Part shown: positions 1-61,242 of the stretch, piece after piece
Layout of the letters: every line of letters starts with the position of its first letter
Numbering within the stretch: the stretch's first letter is position 1
Assembly (NCBI RefSeq): GCF_001194135.2
Contig: NC_068993.1
Coordinates: 63,617,735-63,681,734 of the forward strand
Reading direction: 5' to 3'
DNA: 64,000 bases
Source: Octopus bimaculoides
Taxonomy: Eukaryota
The notes under the pieces: generated by a model
Database searches by the model: none
What the model was told of the DNA's origin: nothing
What the model saw: the letters and a program-made list of their open reading frames with translations, nothing else
Translations under genes and position numbers: made by a program

Positions 1-1056
1 ACAGCATACAGACAAACTGTCTCTATTTTCTGATTAAAACAACCAAAGCTAGAAGTGATGCGAGTGAGGAGAGTTTTTGCTAATGACATTACAATTTTTC
101 AAGTTGTTAACCTCAACTTTGAAACAGGAAAAATATTAACACCTTGACACGTATTGACGTAATAATGTTAGCAACATGATACAAGTATTTTCAACCATTG
201 TGCTTTATCATTTTTTCTTTCTGCTTAGTCAGGATGAGAAGGACATCTTCTTTAAGATGAGTGGAAGAAAGGGATGAAGTTATTCTCAAACTGGAGAGGA
301 ATCTGCTAATGGCACTGAACAGGCTCAAAAAGAGGCAGGGAAAATGTCGCAAGGCATCTCATGCGACCTTCTGGAAATTCTGCAGCCCTGGACTAGTTCT
401 TTATTTCATTGATTCTGAAAAGAAGAAAAGATAAAAGGCAAAAGTGAATTGAATAGAGAGAGAGCTGAGAAAAATAGCATCAGACAACTTGCTCTAAGGC
501 TCTGTCAATTACCTGCCACATGTGTACTACATGTGGCCTACTGGAGTGCTGTGAGTTTTTGAAGCAACTTGGAAGATGCCATGATGTTTAGGACAGTTGG
601 ATGCTAAAACACCACGCTGGTGCCTGTATCTTTGAGTGAAGCAATGTGCAATGTGTATCACCCATCCCTGATTAAAAACAATTTTAATTATCATATCTTT
701 ATCCAATAAAATTTATAAAAAGCTGATAAAAAGCTTATTCAGTGAATCATGGAATGAACCAAAGCTGAAGGTTGCTGACCCCGTGGCTAAGAGAATTCTC
801 TCGCTTTTATTAAATGGGTTTCATGAAAGAGTAACATCTGTAACCCTTTACAGAACTTGCACAAAAGACACCAATGACTGGTGCTGGGGCTACATCACTT
901 AGTTTAGAAATAAAGGTTCTATGATCTAATCCAGGCTGATGCTGTGTACTGGAGTAAGTCAGCTGATGACAGATTGGAGATCAAACTGATTGAAACATGG
1001 GGTAGATGTAAATATCAAAGCAGTTTCCCTAATTTTAAAGAGGACAAGCAACGTTG

Positions 1057-1365
1057 TCATCATCATCATCATCATCGTTTAACGTCCGCTTTCCATGCTA
1101 GCATGGGTTGGACGATTTGACTGAGGACTGGTGAAACCGGATGGCAACACCAGGCTCCAATCTAATTTGGCAGAGTTTCTACAGCTGGATGCCCTTCCTA
1201 ACGCCAACCACTCAGAGAGTGTAGTGGGTGCTTTTACGTGTCACCCGCACGAAAACGGCCACGCTCGAAATGGTGTCTTTTATGTGCCACCCGCACAAGC
1301 CAGTCCAGGGGCACTGGCAATGATCTCGCTCGAAAATTCTACGGGAGCCAGTCAGGCGGTACTCC
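1057..1365 (-). mobile_element. 3' end of RTE-clade LINE family, (GAT)n tail
   Basis: (CAT)n-cgtttaacgtccgctttccatgctagcatgggttgg..., near-identical to copies at 20913, 36272 and 38243; linked to RT coding sequence in the 5671 and 36272 copies. Confidence 0.85.
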
Positions 1366-1473
1366 TTGGTTTCAAGTTCCATCCTCAGTATGACATTTTG
1401 GGGCCCTGAGTTTTCTGCTAGAGTTGTCAGCTGGTCAATGCCATAGGAGTGACATTGGTTAACAGGAACTTTC

Positions 1474-1760
1474 ATGTGTGTGCGTGTGTGTGTGCACGTG
1501 TGTGTGTGTGAATGTATATGTATATGTGTGCGTGTGTGTCTATGCATGTGTTGTGTGTGTGTGTGTGTACATGTGTGTGTGAATGTATATGCATGCGTGT
1601 GTGTGTTGTATGTGTGTGTGCTTGTATGTGAATGTATATATATATGTGTTTGTGTGTATGTGTGTGTTTGTGTGAGTGTGTCTGTGTGTGAATGTATATA
1701 TGTGTGTGTGTGTGTGAATGTGTGTGTGTGTGTGTGTGTGTGTGCGTGCGTGCGTGTGTG
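1474..1760. repeat. Degenerate (TG)n microsatellite
   Basis: Visible; explains ORFs 1212..1814 and 1474..1788. Confidence 0.95.
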
Positions 1761-1839
1761 TCTCCTTACCACCTTCCCTTCATACTGACTCCAGTCGGGC
1801 AATGATGATGTCATTGCTTTGACTCTTGGGACTCATTGG

Positions 1840-3871
1840 TTTCCAACATGCAAAGATCAAAGGAATCGAGTTCCTGACTTGAAAAATAAGCAGCTGGTCA
1901 CATGGCGTGATATCCAGCTGGTCACATGTATATAAATGACATGATGGTCAAGGCTGGAATGACATTGATCATTGGTCTGCTGACTAAGCAGCAATTACCT
2001 GGGGTTAAACAGCAACAAATTCTTTGTTAATTCAATGAAGATGCCTCTACATGGTCACTCGACCTACAAGAAATAGCAGCCAAATATTCATCAAATATAA
2101 CCCCACAATTTTTACATCTTAAAAAGAAAGTAGGACACACTCCATCGGTTCATCTGTTATTTTAGACAAATCTACCCCAATAGATGAGGTAGAATTGGTT
2201 GCTCTTTCTAGCATATTGAATGGCTATATAGAGGTTCCATCAAGAATAGTTTAACCACTGACACAGTCAAAAATGTTCCAGCTCTGATTTTGATCATTTT
2301 TTTTTTTATCAGGGTATAATGTATCTTGGAGTAAGATCATGCAAAGGACATTAGAGATAATGCAGTGCTAATCACCTGGATAACTGCTAAAAGACTGATG
2401 GTTATTGATGGAATATTTGGGATCAGAGATCAACTGAATCACATGTGACCTAGGGCTAAACAATAACTTGTTCCTAGCAAAAACAGAAAAGAGCCAAAAT
2501 CTATCAAATTGTCATCTACTTAGCAGAACAAAGCAACACAAAAACCAAATTTTAAAATCCGCCCCCAAAAAAAGAATCTTTTAAATATCTGAGAGATTGT
2601 TGATCAAAGTAAATTGCACCAACCAATAATTGATTTCTGAGATAAAAAAAAAGATGAAAAACCAAAAGACAAAAAAATGAAGGAGAATCTCTAATTGTTT
2701 TGCAAGAATCAAAGAGTACGTTACAAAGTGGCACCAGTGATTGAGTTTAGTCATGTTAAGCAATTTAAAGATAGATCTTATGACACCTGTTGTGATTGAT
2801 TCTAAACATAAATTGAAACAAAGTGGATATTGTTAAACAATAACATTAATAAACATGAACAATGGTGTAATGGTGGTGGTGGTGTCATTGTCGTCGTCGA
2901 TGGTGGTGGTGGTGGTGGTGGTGGTGTCATTGTTCTCATCATTTAGCACCAGACCAACTCAGACTGAGCAACCTGGTGATCAAAAAGCATTACAACCACA
3001 ATCATCCTGTCTTTTAATTTCTTTTTCTTTGGCTGTTATAGGTGAGGGAGATTTGGCTGTCATTTCTTGTAAGTCAAGCAACTACACAGAGGCTCCATGT
3101 CTACCCATTTGTTTAAGCTGGTCAAGTTTTATTTGAATGATGTTCAGCTGCTATTTCAATGAAATCAAGTCATTATTGAGGAATGTAAATACACACGCAC
3201 ACACACACAGAGACACACAGGCACACATACACACACTCACACACTCGCAAGAGAGAGAGAGAGAGAGGGAGACAGCAGGATAGAGATGGTGGCAAAGTGC
3301 TGGGCATACTCACAAGGGACAGGGATCAGAATATAAATGGGATGGTTGAGTAAAGGCAATTGAAACGATGTGATTTGAGGAAGAGAGGCTGTTATTTCTA
3401 GAAGTTCAACAGATGATGTGATGATTCCTTCCATGACTGAAAACCATTATGAAGAAAGCAAGGAAGTGAAACAAAGGGAAAAGGTGCCAGACTAAATGTT
3501 TTAAAATATTTAGTTTCAGTTCTTCAAATTTTGAGTCCAAAATCCTTTGGGGACATTGGTGTTTGTGTTTTGCCCCTCTGAGAGTTGATAATGGAAGCCA
3601 AAAATATCATCAATTAAATCAGATATAATCCTCCTTACTATAAATTCCTGGAAGTATGCCATGATATCAGAAGCCACCACCGCCATTATCATCATCATAT
3701 TAATATCTACTTTATTGACCACATAGTCAGGATAGACAGTAGCATTATCTAAAGTAAAATTCTTCTACTTGTCTTCCACTTACCAAACTGGTTAGCACTA
3801 TCGAAGTGGAACCATCTATAAAATTCAGCTGCTCAAAGAACATTGATTCTCTTACACAGGAGAAAAAAATG

Positions 3872-3952
<81 letters not shown>

Positions 3953-4440
3953 GGTATATTTCAGCAAAAGAAAGTAAAACAAAAGTATAAAAAAAAAATT
4001 GAAGAAGATGATCTTTCATAAATAAATAAAATAAAAAAAAGTTTGGAATCTGACCAACATTTCTCATATCAAATGACCAGCAGCAAAAGAATGGTATTTC
4101 TGAAATAGTAGAAAAGCAGAGTGATTGTTGTTCTGGCAGAAATAAATCCAGAATGGAGGATCTAAATAAATAGATAAATGATAAATTAAAACTAAATTAT
4201 GATTTAATAAGAAGAAATATGTCATTCTTAAAACAAGGTTGTTTATTGTTGTTTAAGCGTCAGCCATTATTGATTCAGCAGAGTCTTACATTCAAAAGTG
4301 CTCCATCTGTGACCTTATCCTTAGTATTGCATTAGACAAAGCATCCTTCCTTTCCAAGATTGTAGGTTGGTGTGATTTGAGGGAGATTTGGCTGCTATTT
4401 CTAACTGGGCAAGCAACCAGGTAGAGGCACTTTCAGCTCT
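1840..4440. mobile_element. Several old fragments of a further dispersed repeat (family D: tgtgatttgagggagatttggctgctatttctag / ...ggggctaaacaacaac); also near 11640-11950, 17800, 31545, 51660, 56215
   Basis: Recurrent motif at about 2070, 3045, 3372 and 4372 and elsewhere; class not determined. Confidence 0.55.
3872..3950. repeat. Perfect (AAT)n microsatellite
   Basis: About 26 units visible. Confidence 0.97.
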
Positions 4441-5315
4441 GTGTTGATCTTCTGATTACTGGAAACAGCCATAAGCCAAATTTACTCCAATAAAGGAATT
4501 ACATGTAATGACCTTTTATTTTTAACTTCATTTCTTAAATATATATCTATATATATATGTAATATTTTGGACTAATGAGTATACATCAATTAGTGAGCTG
4601 ATGTGTTGTATAAAGGACTGGCAGAATTAGGGGATTCTTTCACCTGTATTTATTCTTAATTTCTTATTTCTAGTACTCTTCCCTCACTTTATATGTATAT
4701 ATATATATATATATATATNNNNNNNNNNNNNNNNNNNNNNNNNNNNNNNNNNNNNNNNNNNNNNNNNNNNNNNNNNNNNNNNNNNNNNNNNNNNNNNNNN
4801 NNNNNNNNNNNNNNNNNNNNNNNNNNNNNNNNNNNNNNNNNNNNNNNNNNNNNNNNNNNNNNNNNNNNNNNNNNNNNNNNNNNNNNNNNNNNNNNNNNNN
4901 NNNNNNNNNNNNNNNNNNNNNNNNNNNNNNNNNNNNNNNNNNNNNNNNNNNNNNNNNNNNNNNNNNNNNNNNNNNNNNNNNNNNNNNNNNNNNNNNNNNN
5001 NNNNNNNNNNNNNNNNNNNNNNNNNNNNNNNNNNNNNNNNNNNNNNNNNNNNNNNNNNNNNNNNNNNNNNNNNNNNGTAGCAACCGTTACCAATATAGCA
5101 TAAGAACTTACCTTAGGAGATCATTAATTAGATTCCTTAAGGGTCGTTCTCACAGTTTATATTTATATCATAAGGTTTTTAAACTTTTAAATTTTCATAT
5201 TCAAAAGAGACAGAGACTTCAAATTCGATATATCGATTTATTCACCACTCTATGTTAACATTTCTGTGCCAAACTTATCCAGTGACTGGTGCATTGGATT
5301 TAGACGTTTGGCACT

Positions 5316-5362
<47 letters not shown>

Positions 5363-5366
<4 letters not shown>

Positions 5367-5670
5367 TCATCATCATTTAATGTCCGTTGTCCATGCTGGC
5401 ATGAGTTGGACTGTTTGACTGGACTGGCATGCTGGAAGGCTGCATCAGGATCCAGTCTGACTTGGCATGGTTTCCTATGGCTGGATGCCCTTCCTAATGC
5501 CAACCACTCCATCAGTGTAATGGGAGCTTTTAGGTGCCACCGGTACGGGTGCCATTTCTGCGACGCTAGTATCTGCCATGACTGCGATTTTGCTCGGCTT
5601 GATGGGTCTTCTTCTGAAGCATGACATAATGCCAAAGGTCTCGGTCATTGCCTCCGTGAGGCCCAACACG
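5363..5670 (-). mobile_element. RTE LINE 3' end including last RT codons (LGLTEAMT..DRDLW)
   Basis: (CAT)n tail next to (TA)n; minus ORFs 5475..5669 and 5566..5760 show the RTE C-terminal motif. Confidence 0.8.
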
Positions 5671-6752
5671 GAGGGCTAACTGGGAAGATAGTTTTTGTAT
5701 GCGGCAGATGCTCAGGAGCACTAAACACTGAAAATGTGCAGAGAACAACTTCTGCCACATTCCAGGGAGAAAAACTAGAAGTAGTTGATAGCTTCCATTA
5801 CCTAGGTGACCAAGTCAGTTGTGGGGGTGAGTGCTCTGAAAGTGCAGCTGCTAGAATAAGAATAGCCTGGGCAAAGTTCAGAGAGCTCCTACCTCTGCTG
5901 GTGACAAAGGGCCTCTCGCTCAGAGTAAAAGGTAGACTGTATGATGCATGTGTGTAAACTGCCATGCTACACGGCAGTGAAACATGGGCCGTAACTGCTG
6001 AGGACATGCGTAAGCTCACAAGGAATGAAGCCAGTATGCTCCACTGGATGTGTAATATCAGTGTCAATACTCGACAGAGTGTAAGTGCCTTGAGAGAAAA
6101 GTTGGACCTAAGAAGCATCAGATGTGGTGTGCAAGAGAGACGACTGCACTGGTATGGTCATGTGGCGAGAATGGATGAGGATAGCTGTGTGAAAAAGTNN
6201 NNNNNNNNNNNNNNNNNNNNNNNNNGACCCGGCATGCCAAGTGAGACCATAATCCGTGGTCTATGCCAGTGGTGTAACCAGCCCACTTGTGCTTACCTTT
6301 CCTTCATTGGACACTAAACTCGGCTTGCAAAGACCTGTTGAGGCAAGTGAAATTGAAATCAAGTCAGATGACAGCACTGCATGACTGGCATCCGTGCTAG
6401 TGGAGCACCAAGAGCACCATCTAAGCATGATCGTTGCAAGGGCCGCTGACTGGCTCCTGTGCCGGTGGCATGTAAAAAGCACCATTTGAGTGTGATTGTT
6501 ACCAGCGTCGCCTTACTGGCACTTGTGCCGGTGGCATGTGAAAAACAACAGTCGAGCAAGGTCGTTGCCAGTGCTGCTGGACTGGCTCTGGTGCAGGTGT
6601 CATGTAAAAGCACCGACTACACTCTCAGAGTGTTTGGTTGTAGAAACTCTGCCGGAGCAGATGGAGCCTGGTGCAGCCATCTGGCTCACAAGTCCTCAGT
6701 CAAATCGTCCAACCCATGCCAGCATGGAAAGTGGATGTTAAACGATGATGAT
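5671..6752 (+). mobile_element. 5'-truncated RTE-clade LINE: RT C-terminal half, 3' UTR and (GAT)n tail; premature stop near 5955
   Basis: Translation ...EKLEVVDSFHYLGD...RIRIAWAKFRELLPLL...KGRLYDACV*TAMLHGSETW...RRLHWYGHVARMDEDSCVKK is typical RTE ORF C-terminus. Confidence 0.92.
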
Positions 6753-6842
6753 TTATATATATATATGCATATAATTATGTGTAAATATATATACATATAT
6801 ATACATATTTATATATATGTATATCTACATATATACAAATAA

Positions 6843-6929
<87 letters not shown>

Positions 6930-7020
6930 CATATATATATATACATACATACATCCATATATATATATGCATACATACATATATACATACATATATATAT
7001 ATATATATACACAAACACGC
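6753..7020. repeat. Compound (TA)n/(TACA)n microsatellite
   Basis: Visible. Confidence 0.95.
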
Positions 7021-7143
7021 ACACAATCACCAGAATAGAGTGAACATATCCAGTACAACTCTGTGCTCTTCCAGCCATCTCCGCTCTCCATTGATAGCAG
7101 ACGATAAATATTAACAACACCGAAAGCGTTTAAAAAACCTCAG

Positions 7144-7195
7144 CTGATTGGTTGCTCGGTGAATAACCAATAGCATTTCTAGTTTCATCCACGTC
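7144..7195. promoter_or_regulatory. Candidate core promoter: two opposed CCAAT/NF-Y boxes plus a CCACGTC bZIP-type core
   Basis: CTGATTGGTT 7144-7153, AACCAATAG 7165-7173, CCACGTC 7189-7195; 135-185 nt upstream of the ATG at the edge of a CpG-rich zone. Confidence 0.5.
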
Positions 7196-7328
7196 GGCAC
7201 AAGAGCAGCGTAGTGTGTGTGTGTGTATCTGTATGCGTAGATGTGCGTGTGTGTGTTGAGGTATATGATTGTGTGTGCGTATAGGTCGATGTATGTATGT
7301 GTGTGCGCGCGTGTGTGTGCAGTAAAAC

Positions 7329-57460
<50,132 letters not shown>

Positions 57461-57692
57461 GCAGAAGAAAACCTCCGAAACAGGGTTTGCTAGGTATGCT
57501 AGTGTTGGCTACTTCTTTCAAATCAGGCTGCTGTGAAAAGTGGGGGAAAAACAAATAAGCAAGCATTCTGTATTTTTCTAATGAAGCTTTTACAGGATTT
57601 GCACATTGAAAACAATTTTTTTTTTCGTCTACATTTTGTTGTCTCCTGTTTGAATTCATAAAAAATATCATTTCCAAAATATATAAAAAAAA

Positions 57693-58049
57693 AATAAAAA
57701 TAAAAAATAGTGGTCTATTAAAAAATTTAATTGTAAAAAAAACAAAAAAATTAATAGCCACTATCATATTTGTTGATAATGTTTTCCTTATTTCTTTTTC
57801 TTTGTTTGATCCTCACCTGTCTGTCTTTGTACCTCGATTCCTGTCATCCTTTCCACCACCACCACCACTACCACCACTGCTATCATAACTGTTATGATGA
57901 CCATCACTACCCTTGCCAATTCATTTCAACAGGTGACAATACTACTTTATATATTTCAAACAAAAATCAATCTAGGTTTATTTTTCTATTAGTTATGTTG
58001 GTTTTGTTTTTTTACAAATTTGGACATCTGTCATCCTGCTGGCAATAAA
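57693..58049 (+). promoter_or_regulatory. Candidate polyadenylation signals for the TUSC3-like gene
   Basis: AATAAA at 57693-57698, 57699-57704 (A-rich context) and 58044-58049, downstream of the stop codon. Confidence 0.4.
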
Positions 58050-58067
58050 AGAAACAGTTATTAATCA

Positions 58068-58122
58068 TTATTATTATTATTATTCATTGTTATTATTGTT
58101 ATTACTACTACTACTGCTGCTG

Positions 58123-58160
<38 letters not shown>
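58068..58160. repeat. (TTA)n/(CTA)n compound microsatellite
   Basis: Visible. Confidence 0.9.
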
Positions 58161-58161
<1 letters not shown>

Positions 58162-60629
58162 AAGTGGTGAGCTGGCAGAATGGTTAGCAGCATTTTGCCC
58201 TTTATGTCCTGAGTTCAAATTCCACCAAGGTTGACTTGCCCTTTCTTCCTTTTTGGGGTCAATAAATAGAGACCAGCTGAGCACTTGGGTCAATGTAATC
58301 AACTCACCTTCTCCATGAAATTGCTGGCCTTGTGCCAAAGTTTGGAACTATTATCATTATTATTATTAGTAGTAATAGTAGTAGAATGTATGCTATGTGG
58401 TATTTAGTTAAACTCTGTGCGTTATGAGTTCTGATGCCATTGATATCAGCTTTGTCATCTTTCTGGAGTTGATAAAACCTATACCAGTTATGTACTAGGG
58501 TCAATTTCTGTTGACTAATCCTTCTCCATAAATATCTGGCTTCCCCCTCCCCCCCGATTCAATAATCTTTGTTATTGAATGGCACAGCTCCGTGAATGCC
58601 ATTCTGTGAGTGTGTTTGCCTAACATTGTGCAATGCTTTTGGCCTGTATCAGTGTTGCCCTCAAGCAGTGTTCCTTGTCTCCAGTCGTCCGTCAACAAAT
58701 GTCTGGCCACGAGGAAACATGTGAAGGTTGGCAACAGTAAGAGCATATGTCCTTAGAAAAGAGAAATGCTGGTTAAACAGAGGAGGAAGAGGATGGTGGA
58801 AGTGGTTTGAAATTTCTGAGAAATCATGGGAGAAAAAAAAACAAATTTTAGCCCAGATTCATTTAGGATAATTTTTTTTTTTTTTTAAAGCTCTTCATTT
58901 TCATTGAGAAAAGTTTAAGAAAATCTTTTGCATTATGTAAAGGTCCGAAGATTGTTCAAGATTATTTTAATGCCAACCAAACACTGCTTCTCGTTTGTGT
59001 TTCAAACTGGCCCCGTGTGTGGTGTGAGAGGGTGGTGGTGGTGGTGCCTGTTGACAGTAGTAACAATGGCGAAAATATATGAATGCCTTCCTCCACTGCA
59101 AGTTTTAAGTACAAAAACAGACACTGAGAGACAGTTTAGAGCAGAAATATTTATAGTTACACATTGAAAAAACAAACAAACAAATTCCTGATGCAAACAG
59201 GAATAAAGCTAACAACAGATTGTGGCAAGTTATTGAAGGGAAAGCCAGAAGGGAAAGTGCACAAGTAATATATCAAGGAAGATTGTCTTTTTACTTGAGG
59301 ATTTAATGTGGGAAGGGCTGAGGAAAGTGATGCACTTGGGCCCATTATCAAAAAATGAAAGATTTTCATATGTATTCTTGGAAAAATGGAGTTAGAGCGA
59401 GCCATGGCCTTGATAGGTCATAGAGACGTGTTTAGTGATGAGTGAGAAGGTAGGCAGGGCTGGTTCCCAAGTGCCTGTTCGTAGGTTTATCCTATGTGGC
59501 CAAAAGGATCAGAAAACAGAAAAAAAAAATATTGGTGCTGAATGTGAATCACTGGTACATAATATCACTGTGGTGAGCATTTGAGGGATCTGCAACAGCA
59601 AGGCTTTACAGGTGCCTCCTAATCATCTCATATCACATGACTATCATATCTCAATACTTTTGTCTTTCATCCTGTTTTTTGATGAGGAATGAAGGTGGGT
59701 GATAAAATAAGTACCAGTTGAGCACTGGAGGTGATCTAATCGATGTACCTCACTCTCCCCGAATTGCTGGCTTTGTGCCAGAACTGGAAAGTATTATTAT
59801 CATGACATATAACAAAATAAATCATTATTGTAACCACATTAAGGGTGGTGGGAAAAATGTTGTATGTAATTTTAATTACATCTCTTTACATTCTGAGTTC
59901 AAATTTCACCTGGGCCAGCTTTGCTTCTCGTTTTGAGGGTTGATAAATAAGTGAACTTTCCCCCACAGTAATGAAGCCACGTCTCTTTCTTCGAAATCAA
60001 TGCTGCTGCTGCAACTACTACTACTACTACTACTACTATAGTTTTATAGTGTTTGCTTCAGCTGACTAGTTAATTATTTGCTATTTCAATAGTAAAAACC
60101 AGCTATTGAATATTAACCAGTTTTCATGTAACAGGTTGCCAGCTGATTTGTCCTTAAAATCTAGGCCAATCAGCAAAAGATACTGCCCTCGCTCACAAAT
60201 GAGATTTTCATACTTTCTTTTTCAATGTTGTGTCTTGTGTTTTCTGCTTGAAATTGCTCTGATAATTTCATCCTGAATTCAGAGTTGTTTGTTGTTGTTG
60301 TCTAACTTCAGGTTATTCAACCTTTGTTAGCCATGCTTTCTCTTTCCTGTTTTCAGGTATAAGTGTATCTTTTCCATTTTTATTCCAAAGATTGTAAGAT
60401 GTAAAGTTGAGGAAAATTTTTCAGGGTTCTCAGAGCATTGGGAAGAAAAATATTTTTAAGGATCAGTTCTGGCTCTTTACACTCTGACTTCAAATCTGTC
60501 AAGGTCTACTTGGCCTTCTTTTTCATTTTGAAGTCAATAAATGAAATACCCGTCGTCTAGTACTGGGGTAGTTCCTCCCTCTGTCTATAAAATGATTGCA
60601 AGATGGCAAAGGATTGATACCATTCTTGC

Positions 60630-61242
60630 TTATTTATGTATCAAAATCCTGACTAGATCTTTGGTAGGATCCATGGAAGTTGCTACTATGTGGGCAAGCT
60701 CTAGGCTTCTTGTTAACTGTTTCTTGCAGAGTTTGCAACCATGCAGAGGTTCCCCTATTATTGGAGGAACCTCAGAGAAGGAATGGCAGAGCCCACGGCC
60801 ATCAAACTTCCCAGCCTTTTGTGAGAACAGATTGGTTTTGCCATTTTCCCTCTTTCTCACCCTTCTTATAGAGATAATTTTTCTAATTGTCATCTTTTTA
60901 ATTAGACAGTGGTGTTGATAATATTGCAGGTCTTCTTTCAAATGCCATCTTCTGTGGACAAAATCTTCGATGTTTGGTCGTGCCTCAAATGCAATACCTT
61001 TGTGTACTGACACTGTGAGACTGGTGCCATTTGCACCTGTCTCATTGATTACGTCAGGAATGGCTTCGAGCTCTTGGTCAATCTGGATTGATAAGCTGCA
61101 TACCCATAATCGACCAGTTTTCTTGGTACACCTGGTGAACCTCTTGGGATGCCCCATCTTCATCAAAGAAGACAGCTGCCACCAAATATTGATTTCTGGT
61201 GGCACATCCACCACCTTTTCCTTCAAATTCATTTGCTCATAT
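60630..61242 (-). CDS. Unidentified open reading frame of at least 200 codons; candidate terminal exon of a convergent gene or a decayed TE ORF
   Basis: Stop-free, non-repetitive, higher GC than flanks; acceptor-like ttcgtccttgtctcatcag before 61242; AATAAA on the minus strand at 60380-60385. No family recognised. Confidence 0.4.

Noticed and set aside
3314-3436. 123-nt minus-strand exon candidate with strong acceptor and GTGAGT donor
   Set aside because: Its centre is a family-D repeat fragment and the peptide is unrecognisable; at most an exonised repeat.
6385-6620. Repeat-spacer appearance resembling a CRISPR array
   Set aside because: Eukaryotic context, degenerate units, inside a LINE 3' UTR, and no cas genes.
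7167-7193. ERSE (CCAAT-N9-CCACG)
   Set aside because: Spacing is 17 nt, not 9.
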